DNA from: Candidatus Melainabacteria bacterium
GTDB lineage: Bacteria; Cyanobacteriota; Vampirovibrionia; 2-02-FULL-35-15
DNA length: 64,000 bases
Direction: 5' to 3'
Assembly (NCBI GenBank): GCA_023250195.1
Contig: JAHFBF010000001.1
Span: forward strand, 498,422 to 562,421
The stretch's first letter is position 1; the number at the start of each line of letters is the position of its first letter. The notes below the pieces were generated by a model. It did no database searches. It had not been told where the DNA came from and saw only the letters and a list, made by a program, of their open reading frames with translations. Positions 18,275 through 28,982 of the stretch are shown in pieces. The translations under genes were made by a program, and so were the position numbers.

Positions 18275-18622
18275 TTACTTCTTTCCAAGCGCTGCAACAC
18301 CTATTTCATTTGTTCTTATACGAATAGCCTGCTCTACATTTAACACAAATATCTTTCCGTCGCCAAGTTCATTCGTTCTTGCTGCCTCAGTTATTATGTT
18401 TATAACCTTATCCAGATCATCATCATCTACAACAACTTTTATTTCTACCTTATCAAGAAGATCAATTTTATATTCACTTCCTCTATAACGCTCTACAATT
18501 CCTTTCTGGCTACCGCGTCCTTTTACAGCAATGACTGTTATTCCACTGAACCCACCTTCATTTAGTGCATCTTTAATCGCAGCCAGCCTGTTTGGTCTGA
18601 CTATTGCTATGATCATTTTCAT
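18275..18622 (-). CDS. glnB: Nitrogen regulatory protein P-II
   Basis: MKMIIAIVRPNRL...GITVIAVKGRGSQKG...YRGSEY (T-loop)...GDGKIFV. 115 aa, directly upstream of amtB. Confidence 0.95.
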   Translation of the reverse strand: MKMIIAIVRPNRLAAIKDALNEGGFSGITVIAVKGRGSQKGIVERYRGSEYKIDLLDKVEIKVVVDDDDLDKVINIITEAARTNELGDGKIFVLNVEQAIRIRTNEIGVAALGKK

Positions 18623-18639
18623 AATTTATTTACTCCAAT

Positions 18640-20538
18640 TTAATAAGTATAATTAGTTAATTTTACTCCTGAGCGATCTAGATAATCAAGCTCTATCTCT
18701 TCATGCTCACTCCATCCTTTAGAAGAAAGCAAAATATTCAACACCCCTTTACTCGAATCCAGAAAAACAATATCCGATTTAAAATCATTATCTATATCTG
18801 CAGAAAATATTTGTCCGGATAAATTGCTGTCTATTTGAATTTCAGGATTTAAGTTGTTTAAACTACTAGAATAAAATTTAAATTTTTTCTCAAGTAAATT
18901 AATAAAGCCTGGATCGGCAATAGTATCACCATCAAAATCTCCGGTTATTGGTACTAAGCTGTTTTTCGATATTATGTCTCCCAAGTTAATCTCTATTTCT
19001 TTAGAATCAGAAGATCGTTTTATAACAAACATATTCCTTTCAGGATCATAAATTGCAAAGTCATCTATATTATCACCATCATAATCACCAATTTGCGGTA
19101 TTCCTTTAGAGGTAACTTGCTTACTAAGGCTAATCAAATTAATGTTTTCTGGAGAAGATTTACCTAAAAAGCGAATATAGAATGTTTTAGATTTAGGTCT
19201 ATAAACTCCTATATCAGTAATATTATCACTATTGAAATTACCGATAAATGGCTTATCACACTCAAGACCAATAGGCAAAGCAAACTTCAGCCCTAATCTA
19301 CTTGAATCACACTTAAATACATTTGTATCTTTTGTCCACAAACAACAATCATTAACATAATCCCCATCAAAATCAGAAACAAAAGGAAAAGCATTATAGC
19401 TATTGTCCCATTTAAAATATTTTAACTTCTTATCATTTAAATTTTTGCTTATAAAACCACTTTTATTATAAAGCCATAAGACCAACTCATTCCCATAACC
19501 AACTACTGAACCTTTATTTAACTTATTTGTTAGAAGAAATTTCTGCAGAATAAAATTATTAACAGGAAAAGAATTGGTAATTTCAGAAAAGTGAAAAACC
19601 TTTTTCTTAAAAGAATCCTCCTTCAAATCAAAAGTTATAAGAACTTTTGAAGAGGCGTTCCAAAAAGCCAACTCACTTGCACCATCTCCATAATAATCAG
19701 CTTGCAAAGGAATAAAACTATCTTTACCAAGTTCTTTTTGGATCTTAGCTGTAATTTTCGGAGAAATTGGTCTTTGAAGTGTTGTAAGTATGACTTTTAT
19801 GGAATTGTCTTTAAAATTCCATACACACAAATCAGCTTTCCCGTCTCCATCATAATCAGAAGGTATTGGCAGAAATGAACTATCTCCAAGTTGCATTTCA
19901 TTAATTCTATTTTCTCTGGATAATTTAATGGTCCAAATGCCATTGTTTAAATTGTAAACAGCAAAATCACTTATTCCATCACCATCATAGTCCTTAACCA
20001 CAGGAATGTTTATGCCATTTCCAAGCTTAAAATTTATAACTCCTTTAGTTGAACTTAAAATTCCTTGAAAGGTATTAGTTTTTGATCTGTAAGTAACAAA
20101 GTCAAATTTGGTATCACCATCAAAATCTCCTACAATTGGTAAATCTCCAGCCTGCCCAAATTTAAAGTTAAAAACATTCTGCTTGGTCTTTATAATCCAC
20201 TCACCTTGACCTCTATAAATTCCATAGTCTAAAAAACTATCGTCATCAAAATATCCTACAAATGGGAAATCATTAATATCTCCAAAAGTAGACTTTAAAT
20301 AGTTGTTATTTTTAAAAGAGAGAGTTTCAAAAAAACAAGGTTCTAAAAATTTATTAAGCTTGGACATCGATGAAGTATTCCAAAAAATCAGGTCTGACCT
20401 TTTATCATCATCAATATCAAATGAATTATTGAGTTTATAGCTGGGCGAATTCACTGAAAGCAAACTGCTTTTATCATTGAAGCAGCCAAATAAAAAAAGA
20501 CTAAAGAAACAAAATAAAAAAAAGTTTTGAATCTTCAT
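18640..20538 (-). CDS. FG-GAP/VCBS repeat beta-propeller protein, exported (possible lipoprotein)
   Basis: Signal peptide ending LFLFGC. Many repeats of the Ca-binding-like motif D[YF]DGD[GT]xxD (DFDGDTKFD, DYDGDGISD, DYDGDGKAD, DFDGDYVND, DYDGDNIDD, DFDGDTIAD). Confidence 0.85.
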   Translation of the reverse strand: MKIQNFFLFCFFSLFLFGCFNDKSSLLSVNSPSYKLNNSFDIDDDKRSDLIFWNTSSMSKLNKFLEPCFFETLSFKNNNYLKSTFGDINDFPFVGYFDDDSFLDYGIYRGQGEWIIKTKQNVFNFKFGQAGDLPIVGDFDGDTKFDFVTYRSKTNTFQGILSSTKGVINFKLGNGINIPVVKDYDGDGISDFAVYNLNNGIWTIKLSRENRINEMQLGDSSFLPIPSDYDGDGKADLCVWNFKDNSIKVILTTLQRPISPKITAKIQKELGKDSFIPLQADYYGDGASELAFWNASSKVLITFDLKEDSFKKKVFHFSEITNSFPVNNFILQKFLLTNKLNKGSVVGYGNELVLWLYNKSGFISKNLNDKKLKYFKWDNSYNAFPFVSDFDGDYVNDCCLWTKDTNVFKCDSSRLGLKFALPIGLECDKPFIGNFNSDNITDIGVYRPKSKTFYIRFLGKSSPENINLISLSKQVTSKGIPQIGDYDGDNIDDFAIYDPERNMFVIKRSSDSKEIEINLGDIISKNSLVPITGDFDGDTIADPGFINLLEKKFKFYSSSLNNLNPEIQIDSNLSGQIFSADIDNDFKSDIVFLDSSKGVLNILLSSKGWSEHEEIELDYLDRSGVKLTNYTY

Positions 20539-20541
20539 ATT

Positions 20542-21516
20542 CTATTCATTTCTCTGTAATACTGAAATTGCAGAAACACAGTTACCCGGAACATTCCATT
20601 GATAGGAAAAAAGTTCCTGTTTTTTAAAGTTTAAAACATTCCATTTCTTTACACCTGGATCCCATGTAATAAGCTCAGGAATGCCATCTCCATCTATATC
20701 ACCTGAAGCTGGTATATCATTAACACCACCAAACTTTATTTCATTCTGGCTTCCATCTTTTGCATATTTAAAATACCATGTCTGATTAGATTTTCTCCAT
20801 AAAACAAGATCACATTTACCGTCACCATCATAATCATTAGGAACAATTATGTCCCATTCTTTGCCATGCTGGATGTGTTCAGTTTGATTGAAATTAAAAC
20901 TTGTGGTTGATTTAACTATATGCCAGACCCCATCATCAGGTCTCCAAACAATAAGATCTGATTTGCCATCTCCATCATAATCACCCGTAAAAGCAGAGTC
21001 CTGATATGAACCTTCATAAATTATCTTTGGAACTTTTCCTCCAGCCTCGCTGATATTGCTTAAATACCATCCACCTGCATTTGGCCTCCAAATACCTACA
21101 TCATAGCTTTTATCACCATCTATGTTACTTGGAATAGGCAAATCTCCTATACTCCCAACAAACATTTTCTTTGGGACTCCAACTCCACTTGTTAAATATA
21201 GAACCCACTCTCCGGAATCAGGCTGAAAAAATGTAAAATCTGTTTTTCCATCACCATCATAATCAGCAAAAACGGGTTGATAGGAAAGATTATTATCAAA
21301 AAATTGTTTCTCATAAAACTTACGATCTGAGGTTAATTGAAAATATAATTTGTTTGAATTTGAATCCCATACAGCTAAATCAGTTAATTTATCACCATCA
21401 AAATCACAACTGTAATATGACAGTGATGCAAATACTACTAACTTATCTTTCGTAAAATCAGTTAACCACATAGGAATAACAAACAAAAGCATACTCAGTA
21501 TGGCTGGGATCTTCAT
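20542..21516 (-). CDS. FG-GAP/VCBS repeat protein, exported
   Basis: N-terminal hydrophobic segment. Motifs DFDGDKLTD, DYDGDGKTD, DYDGDGKSD, DYDGDGKCD and DIDGDGIPE, each followed by W-containing strands. Confidence 0.85.
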   Translation of the reverse strand: MKIPAILSMLLFVIPMWLTDFTKDKLVVFASLSYYSCDFDGDKLTDLAVWDSNSNKLYFQLTSDRKFYEKQFFDNNLSYQPVFADYDGDGKTDFTFFQPDSGEWVLYLTSGVGVPKKMFVGSIGDLPIPSNIDGDKSYDVGIWRPNAGGWYLSNISEAGGKVPKIIYEGSYQDSAFTGDYDGDGKSDLIVWRPDDGVWHIVKSTTSFNFNQTEHIQHGKEWDIIVPNDYDGDGKCDLVLWRKSNQTWYFKYAKDGSQNEIKFGGVNDIPASGDIDGDGIPELITWDPGVKKWNVLNFKKQELFSYQWNVPGNCVSAISVLQRNE

Positions 21517-23348
21517 GGCACTAAAACCTCCACAGGAGAGGTATCTTTTGCAGGAATTTCCTGTTCTTTTTTAACAGCTGGAGGCTTCTTTCCCTGGAAA
21601 AAACTTGACAGCAAAAGAAGATATACAGCTAAAGCAGCAATACTAATATAAGCAGCCGCCTTTCTCACAGGAGTATGTTCAAATTTAATTTTTATTTGAT
21701 GTTTACCCGGCGGCACACGGAACATAATTAGACCAATCTTTGGTTCCATATTAACTTGAGTTTGGTTTTCATCAATATATACATTCCAACCGGGAAAATA
21801 AAAATTTCTTAGACTGATAAAATGTTCTCCCTGAGAAAAAACCTGAAACTCTCTTTCATGTGAAAGCCACTTTAAAAGAGTTATATCACAGGAAGGATCT
21901 GAAGAATTAATTGTTGGAGAAAAATCACGTCTAAAGTCAATTTGTTTCCAGTTTGGATTATTTGTTAAGTTGGGTCTGTATTCTTCATTTGGCCATAAAA
22001 CGTATAATCCGGCTTTCATAAGACTTTGTTCCGGTACCCATCTCCATTTATACATATTAATAAAATCAACATAAGCCAACCCTGCAAAAAGAAATGCAAT
22101 TGAAGCAAAAATGAACTTATACCCTGATAAATTAATTTTCTCTTTAGCAAGACAACCAACCAGATCAAAAGTGTAAACCATAATTACAGCACCAAATGGA
22201 ACAATAAACGTTGTAAACCTCCACGGGAATTGAATTGTCTGCATTGGTTTAATCATATGCCAAATAAAAAGAGATATTGGCGTCATCATTAAAAATGAAA
22301 TTACAAACATTGAAATTGCAATGTTGACTCTAAATGGTTCCTGAAAATATTGTTTAATCTTTCCTGTATTTAAGGACAAAACAACAATGCAAATTAGTAC
22401 TGCCAAGCCAAAGAGAGCATTACTCATTTCATAATATCTGTGATCAAAGATTGCCCAGGCAAAACCATCATCTCTATGTCTATCTAAATAAGTGTATAAA
22501 AAGTTTTTTGAAAAATCCCAGAGAGGCCCCTGTGTTAAAACTTCATCAGTATGAACAAATTTCTTTTCCAGGCATGCAGGAAATAAATAAAATCCGGCAA
22601 GAGAAGCACCCATTGCAAAGCTCAGAAGAATATTTTTTACAAACTTTTTTGTTCTGTGGAAATATAAATTAAACAAACAATAAGGGACAGCAAGCAGAGT
22701 GAAAACAAATGCAGTCGCCAAATGTGTCAAAGCTATTGCAGCATAACCAACCGAAATAATTAAAAATGATTTAAAATCAAAATCTTTATTTTTATCAAAT
22801 ATATCAATTCCATAATAAGTCAAAAATACAAATGCAACCGCCAGAGTACTGGTAGGCCAATTAGTGTTATAGATAAATATATGAATTGCCGGGGAAAAAA
22901 CCACAAATGCCATTGCAATTGAAGTTGAAAAGGCAGAGCCATGCCTTCTTAAATATAAATAACCAAACACAGAACAAAGAATCATTGGAATAACAAAAGT
23001 CCATTTAATGGCAAGGACTATATTCCTTAAAATCAAATCAAGTAAAATAAAAATATAATAAACAAGCGGAGCATAATAATTAAATATTGGAAGACCGGCA
23101 CCATTTACATCAGCATCAATCCATCTTGGCAGCCATTGCCCCTGCCAGAAGCATCTTTTAAAGTTATATGCATGTTCAATATGAATATGCCAGTCAGCAT
23201 GACTCGGAATCCCCTTACCAAAAATAATCGGAGCTGCTGAAAGAATCGTTAAAAGAGCAACAAAAAATATTCTTTCACTTCTTGATCCCAAGAAATGATA
23301 TGCTGAGCCTTTCTCCTCAGGTTTTTCTTGTATCTCATCAGCTTCCAA
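21513..23348 (-). CDS. Polytopic membrane protein, GT-C-like (YfhO / PTPS-related membrane glycosyltransferase type)
   Basis: At least 12 predicted TM helices. N-terminal loop HADWHIHIEHAYNF...WLPRWIDADVNGAGLPIFNYYAPLVYY. C-terminal soluble module FYFPGWNVYIDENQ...VPPGKHQIKIKF is typical of the YfhO/PTPS-related family. Confidence 0.7.
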   Translation of the reverse strand: MEADEIQEKPEEKGSAYHFLGSRSERIFFVALLTILSAAPIIFGKGIPSHADWHIHIEHAYNFKRCFWQGQWLPRWIDADVNGAGLPIFNYYAPLVYYIFILLDLILRNIVLAIKWTFVIPMILCSVFGYLYLRRHGSAFSTSIAMAFVVFSPAIHIFIYNTNWPTSTLAVAFVFLTYYGIDIFDKNKDFDFKSFLIISVGYAAIALTHLATAFVFTLLAVPYCLFNLYFHRTKKFVKNILLSFAMGASLAGFYLFPACLEKKFVHTDEVLTQGPLWDFSKNFLYTYLDRHRDDGFAWAIFDHRYYEMSNALFGLAVLICIVVLSLNTGKIKQYFQEPFRVNIAISMFVISFLMMTPISLFIWHMIKPMQTIQFPWRFTTFIVPFGAVIMVYTFDLVGCLAKEKINLSGYKFIFASIAFLFAGLAYVDFINMYKWRWVPEQSLMKAGLYVLWPNEEYRPNLTNNPNWKQIDFRRDFSPTINSSDPSCDITLLKWLSHEREFQVFSQGEHFISLRNFYFPGWNVYIDENQTQVNMEPKIGLIMFRVPPGKHQIKIKFEHTPVRKAAAYISIAALAVYLLLLSSFFQGKKPPAVKKEQEIPAKDTSPVEVLVP

Positions 23349-23355
23349 TTTTTTA

Positions 23356-24135
23356 CTACCCCTTTATTCCTGAATCTGTAATATTATACTTATAAAGAAA
23401 CCGTATTTTTAAAACCTCAACTAGCATTTTTACAGAATCTCTAAAAATATTAACCTTTGAGCCCTCAATATGATACCAGTTTATAGGGACTTCTTTAATC
23501 TTGTAACCAAATTTTTTTAAAAGAAACAGATATTCAATATCAAAGGAGAATCCAAAGCATTTTTGATTTTCTGCTAATTTTTTAGCAGCATCCATTCTAA
23601 ATAATTTAAAGCCGCACTGGGTATCTTTCAGAGAAGCAAGACCTAAAATGCTTAAAACTAAATGAAAGACTCTTCCTGTAAGTCTCCTTGTAAATGACAT
23701 GGAAACTTTTGTATCTTTGTCTTTTATTACCCTTGATCCAATTGCAGCATCGTAATCAGATTTTATAGCCTCTAGCAATTTTTGTACTTCATTAATTGGT
23801 GCAGCACCATCTGCATCTGTATATAAAACAATTGAATTTGAAGCCTTTAAAAACCCCAGGTTTACTGCATAACCTTTCCCCCTATTAGGCATATAACCAG
23901 TTAATTGAAAACATTTTTTATTTTTGCTTTCATTTTGAATCCAGCCATTTACCACCCCTGACGTATTGTCAGTACTTCCATCATTTACAATTATTACTTG
24001 GAATAAATCCGGCTTGGAAATTTTACTTATATAACTATCGATATCATTTAAGGCTTTTGTAATTCTGCTTGATTCATTAAATGCAGGAATAATAATAGTA
24101 ATGGAGCTGCTTAATTTATGATTCAAATTTCTCAC
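23356..24135 (-). CDS. GT2 polyprenyl-phosphate glycosyltransferase (DPM1/Alg5/CsbB-like)
   Basis: IIIPAFNES...IVNDGSTDNT...YTDADGA...QCGFKLF. Short (259 aa) soluble GT-A. Confidence 0.85.
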   Translation of the reverse strand: MRNLNHKLSSSITIIIPAFNESSRITKALNDIDSYISKISKPDLFQVIIVNDGSTDNTSGVVNGWIQNESKNKKCFQLTGYMPNRGKGYAVNLGFLKASNSIVLYTDADGAAPINEVQKLLEAIKSDYDAAIGSRVIKDKDTKVSMSFTRRLTGRVFHLVLSILGLASLKDTQCGFKLFRMDAAKKLAENQKCFGFSFDIEYLFLLKKFGYKIKEVPINWYHIEGSKVNIFRDSVKMLVEVLKIRFLYKYNITDSGIKG

Positions 24136-25707
24136 CTAGCTCTTTCCTGGTTTGTCATTAGAAACAATCTTAGAACCAAGAAAAACTTCTTTATATGCAT
24201 ATTGATCACTTGATTGAAGAACTCCACAAACTTCAGTCTCAGGATTGTAAAATATTAAATCTGCCATAAAATCCAGATCTAAATCACCTGCTAATGGAAT
24301 ACCTTCAATTCTATTGTCTAATATATTGTTAACTGGTAACCCAAGATTTGATGAAAAGTAATTAAGTATCATAGAGGAAAAATCTATTCCGCCAAAATCA
24401 CATTTACCATCTCCGTCAAAATCAGCAATCAACGGTTCTCCCCCAAAATCATTATTCAAGAAGGCTTCAGTCATCGTACTAGACAATAAAACTTTTAATG
24501 ACTTTCTGTCTGCACCTAAAGTAAAAGAATCATTAACAAAATCACCATCAAAATCACACTTTAAATTGTCTGATTTGTTTGCCAAGCTTGACGTTACAAA
24601 GCTTTTAAGATACTCAAGTGACCCGCTCAAAGGATTTCTTAATAAAAACTTTCTCAGCAAATAATATTCAACAGGTAAAGAGTTGGAAGATATACTTACT
24701 TTATAGTTTTCATAATTTATATCATTCCCGACAATATTAAACACATGGAGTAATTTGTTCTCATTTTCCCAAAAAGTAATTTCAGATTTGCCATCACCAT
24801 TGTAATCTGAAGAAACCGGGAAGCATTTAATTCCTTTAAGCCTTGCTTCTACTTCAGAACATAGTTTTTCTGAGAGTTTTTTGCTAAACTTCGAAAAATT
24901 TATCTTACAATTATTATTTCTATAATTCCATACTGCTAAATCAGCTTTTCCATCACCATCATAATCACTTGGTATTGGCAAATAATCAGATCCACCAAGA
25001 TTAAAATCTCTCGTTAAACCATCTTTGGAAGATCTTACTATCCATATACCACCTATTTGTCTGTAAGAAGAAAGATCAGCCCATCCATCTCCGTCATAAT
25101 CCATTGGCACAGGAATATCACCCGTTATACCCAAATGAATTTCAAGAAGCTTATTTCCATTAGACAGGTAACCATAAAACCCACTATTTCTTGGTCTGTA
25201 AATAACAAAATCACATTTTTTATCACCGTCATAATCACTAGGAACAGGTAAATCTCCTGATTCCCCAAATCTATGCCCAAAACCAACCATAGATAATCCA
25301 TCAATTAAATACCATTCATTCCCATCCCGAAGAAATTTATAAACCCCATAGTCAGAATTACCGTCACCATTAAAATCTCCATAAATAGGGATATTTCCAA
25401 CTTCTCCTACTTGTGAAATCTGATAGTTTATATTTTGTGGACTAATCGCCTCAAAGAAACAACTTTTAGGTAGCTTATTTTTATCTCCAAATAAATTAGA
25501 AAAGTTCCAAACTATGAAGTCAGATTTACCATCACCATTTATATCTATTAAACTATTGATCTTGTTGCTTAGTTTATTGTCCCCAATAGATAACAAAGGA
25601 GACTGAGAACAACCATTTTGAAGAAAAACAAAAATCAAAAATATTGAGCAAAATATTCCAATCCTATATTTACTACTTATTTTTAACTTTTTAAAACAAA
25701 TAACCAT
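24136..25707 (-). CDS. FG-GAP/VCBS repeat protein, exported (possible lipoprotein)
   Basis: Signal peptide followed by Cys (FLQNGCSQ). Motifs DINGDGKSD, DFNGDGNSD, DYDGDKKCD, DYDGDGWAD, DYDGDGKAD, DYNGDGKSE, DFDGDGKCD. Confidence 0.85.
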   Translation of the reverse strand: MVICFKKLKISSKYRIGIFCSIFLIFVFLQNGCSQSPLLSIGDNKLSNKINSLIDINGDGKSDFIVWNFSNLFGDKNKLPKSCFFEAISPQNINYQISQVGEVGNIPIYGDFNGDGNSDYGVYKFLRDGNEWYLIDGLSMVGFGHRFGESGDLPVPSDYDGDKKCDFVIYRPRNSGFYGYLSNGNKLLEIHLGITGDIPVPMDYDGDGWADLSSYRQIGGIWIVRSSKDGLTRDFNLGGSDYLPIPSDYDGDGKADLAVWNYRNNNCKINFSKFSKKLSEKLCSEVEARLKGIKCFPVSSDYNGDGKSEITFWENENKLLHVFNIVGNDINYENYKVSISSNSLPVEYYLLRKFLLRNPLSGSLEYLKSFVTSSLANKSDNLKCDFDGDFVNDSFTLGADRKSLKVLLSSTMTEAFLNNDFGGEPLIADFDGDGKCDFGGIDFSSMILNYFSSNLGLPVNNILDNRIEGIPLAGDLDLDFMADLIFYNPETEVCGVLQSSDQYAYKEVFLGSKIVSNDKPGKS

Positions 25708-25867
25708 ATAGTATTAACTACATAAAGACTAAAAATATACAATAGGAGAACATCGTTAGTAACATCAAACATTCTAACGTAAAAATTAAAACAGGAGTTT
25801 ACTCATCTTTATAAAAAGACTTTTGTAATAATGGACAGTCAAGTATTTAGTTTCGGAGGATTTTAAT

Positions 25868-28800
25868 ATGTTGCAAATCATATTTGCACTGCTTATTTGT
25901 TTTACTTTAGGTTTCTTCCTTTGGTTTACTGGTCAAGTAATTATCAAACAACTTAAGGTGTATGAAGAAAATAAAATGCTTAATTTTTTATTAAGCATTT
26001 CTATAGGAATTTCTCTATATTTAATCACAACAAATTTATTTGGTTGTATTTTAAAAGATTTTAATATTGGGGGGATAACTTCAACAATATTAATCTCAGC
26101 AATTTTGATTTGGAAAAGAAATGATCTAAAAGAAGTTTGTATGAATTTAAAAAAATATACAAACAAGGATAACTTATTGATCTTTTTCAAAGGAAGTACT
26201 GATAAATATTTTTGGATTTTACTTGCAACCATCAATTTAATATATGGATTAACTGCCTTCACCTCTACAAAGCTAGATCACTCTGGACAGGGAAACACAC
26301 ATATATTCAATATTAATCAGTTAATTAATAATATTTACCCTCCAAAACTTTCATCATTACCAAATATTGATCTTAAATATCACTATGGTGCAGATATTCT
26401 TTCAGCACTAATTTCCAAATTAAGCAGGGTCCATCCGGAGATTTCTCTTGATCTTCTTACAATTTTATTCTTAAATCTCAGTTTTTTAACAATCTATTCT
26501 TTGTCAGTTAAATTTTTAAATACCAACCGAGTAAACAAATATTTAATCCCATTCATAGCTTTCCTCGGATGGGGACCTGTAACATCTTTATTCAAAAAAA
26601 ATTCAGTTGATGAAGTAATCCCAGGAAAACTCTTGGAAAAAATACAATATTTAACCCAATCAAGACTTTTAGATTCAGCAAACTGGTCAGGAACAGTGTT
26701 TCATTGGTTTTTTTCACCCTCAATCGGCTTTGGCACATTCTTCTTTTTGATAGCTCTATATTTAATTTATAGATTTATTGAAAAACCAGAACAAAGTATA
26801 GGTTTCATTTGTCTTTTAGGGATTTTTCTAAGTAGCTTTGTAATTATTGACTTTTCAAAGTTAATAATATTACTTGGCGGAACAATTACTTATATTGCTC
26901 TAACTTATAATCCAATTCCTTTAGATGATTCAAAAAACAAAATAACAACTTTTGAAAGCAAAGTCTTTTTAAGAAATTTCGGCATTATTCTCCTCATAGT
27001 ATTTATTTTCGGGTTTATTCATGGTAATTATTTAATATTAAATAATGTTTATGTTTCACTTTTTGAGTTTTATAAATTTGGCAAATCAAATATTGACAAC
27101 AAATTCAGTCCCTTATCCTGCAACACTATTCTTTTAGCTGTTTTTATATTCGGCTTTTATAAGGCTTACAAAGAGAAGCAAAATTGGGTAAGGTTTTTAA
27201 TCCCTTATTTTGCATTTACTATGATTATTCCTTATTTCATAACAATACCTAATGCTGGTTCTGGAAGAATCTTTATGGCAGGGAACATTCTTGGCGCTTT
27301 TTCTTTTCCACTCGTTATTGATTTCATAAAAAACAGACTTAAAATTACAGATAAAAAATTAACCATATTTTACATCTTTGTTTTTACCATCTTTGTTTTT
27401 AGTACCATAATGTTTTTCTTTTTTGGCGATAAAGATAAGCCTAATTTTACTTATAATGGACAAACTTTAAAATATACAGGGATCCAGCAGCTTCAAATGA
27501 CTGCAGTTGCTGATAATTCTGAAAAAATCCCATTTTCAGCATATTTAAAATCCAAGGGCTCAAGAAATCAAAAAATTCTAATAGAGCGAGAGTATGCTCA
27601 AAATATTTCAAACTATTCAGGATTAGGAACTTTTGTACCATCACAAAATATTGTTGACGACATTATAAAAAAGACTTTCACTGAAAATCTTGAATCTGGC
27701 TATACGAAGTCTTTTTCTCTTGATAAAAAATTCTTTGTTGACAATAAAATTAATTGGATTTATTTAACTCCTAAAATGTTTAGATTTTTCTTACCACCTC
27801 AAGCAAAAATGAGACTTCTAAATGTCTATTTAAATAAGGGTGTGATTTCTACTCAATCTAACAAAAAATCCCCGGGAGAGTTAATAGAATTACTTCAAAT
27901 TAATCCTTCTTCTCTTTCTGAAGGTTGTTGGGGTAAAACTGTCAACAATCAAGATTCTACATATATTAAACAAATTGCTGATTGTCCGTATTTTGGTATT
28001 TATAACGCAATGTCAAATGACTTTGACGGAGACAAGATATCCGATATTGCATTTTATGATCAGTTAGGCAAAAAATGGCACATAGTCTATGGTAAGAATC
28101 AAGAAGAATCTGAAATAGATCTTGCAAGTAATCTATTATCAAATTTTACTGCCTCTGATTTATTCATACCAATCCCTTCAGATTATGACGGAGATGGAAA
28201 AACCGACATAGCACTTTTTAATAAATCCTTATCAACTTGGAATGTACTGTATTCATCAAATTCTATGGTGGATAATAAGAGAGGATGCATAGGAACAGAT
28301 GAAATCGTTTTGCCATGTGACCTTGATGGTGATTCAAAGACAGATATTTCATGTTATGGATTTGATAGCAATAATTGGCCTGCTCTATTAAGCAGCTCTA
28401 ACTGGGGTTATAAAAGTCTGAGCCCAAATGATAAGCCAACTTTATTAGATATAAACATTACTTCAGATATAGATGGAGATAAAAAATCTGACTATATTTC
28501 TTTTAACCCTGTACAAGCAACTTTCTATATATATCTATCAACTAAAAATTATAATCCTCCTGCAATAATTAAATCTGGTGAAATAACATCTAGAGTAATA
28601 ATAGAAGACTTTGATGGAGATAAAAATTTCGATATTTCTACATGGACACCAGAAACAGGTAATTGGGAAATAATCCTTGCAAAAGACATCCTGGCTAACT
28701 ATAGACCTGATAATAGTATTCAACTTGTAGGCTGTGGAATTACAAACACTATAAATCCAGATCTTAATCCCCTAAAGTGTTCCAGTTATACCGTTATGAT

Positions 28801-28975
28801 TGGTAGTAATTCTGATATCCCTATGCCAGGAGATTACAATGGCGATGGTAAAGCAGAAATCGCGATTTATCATCCTGATAAGGCAGAGCTTGAAATTGTT
28901 TATGGTCAAAACAATAAGAAAATTGATCTCTCGAAATATAGAGGACTAATTCCTGCAAGCTTTATTGGAATCTAA
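25868..28975 (+). CDS. Fusion protein: N-terminal polytopic (GT-C-like) membrane domain + C-terminal FG-GAP/VCBS propeller
   Basis: The first ~520 aa are multi-TM (about 13 hydrophobic helices). The C-terminal ~330 aa carry DFDGDKISD, DYDGDGKTD, DLDGDSKTD, DIDGDKKSD, DFDGDKNFD and DYNGDGKAE. Confidence 0.8.
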   Translation: MLQIIFALLICFTLGFFLWFTGQVIIKQLKVYEENKMLNFLLSISIGISLYLITTNLFGCILKDFNIGGITSTILISAILIWKRNDLKEVCMNLKKYTNKDNLLIFFKGSTDKYFWILLATINLIYGLTAFTSTKLDHSGQGNTHIFNINQLINNIYPPKLSSLPNIDLKYHYGADILSALISKLSRVHPEISLDLLTILFLNLSFLTIYSLSVKFLNTNRVNKYLIPFIAFLGWGPVTSLFKKNSVDEVIPGKLLEKIQYLTQSRLLDSANWSGTVFHWFFSPSIGFGTFFFLIALYLIYRFIEKPEQSIGFICLLGIFLSSFVIIDFSKLIILLGGTITYIALTYNPIPLDDSKNKITTFESKVFLRNFGIILLIVFIFGFIHGNYLILNNVYVSLFEFYKFGKSNIDNKFSPLSCNTILLAVFIFGFYKAYKEKQNWVRFLIPYFAFTMIIPYFITIPNAGSGRIFMAGNILGAFSFPLVIDFIKNRLKITDKKLTIFYIFVFTIFVFSTIMFFFFGDKDKPNFTYNGQTLKYTGIQQLQMTAVADNSEKIPFSAYLKSKGSRNQKILIEREYAQNISNYSGLGTFVPSQNIVDDIIKKTFTENLESGYTKSFSLDKKFFVDNKINWIYLTPKMFRFFLPPQAKMRLLNVYLNKGVISTQSNKKSPGELIELLQINPSSLSEGCWGKTVNNQDSTYIKQIADCPYFGIYNAMSNDFDGDKISDIAFYDQLGKKWHIVYGKNQEESEIDLASNLLSNFTASDLFIPIPSDYDGDGKTDIALFNKSLSTWNVLYSSNSMVDNKRGCIGTDEIVLPCDLDGDSKTDISCYGFDSNNWPALLSSSNWGYKSLSPNDKPTLLDINITSDIDGDKKSDYISFNPVQATFYIYLSTKNYNPPAIIKSGEITSRVIIEDFDGDKNFDISTWTPETGNWEIILAKDILANYRPDNSIQLVGCGITNTINPDLNPLKCSSYTVMIGSNSDIPMPGDYNGDGKAEIAIYHPDKAELEIVYGQNNKKIDLSKYRGLIPASFIGI

Positions 28976-28982
28976 TTATCAA

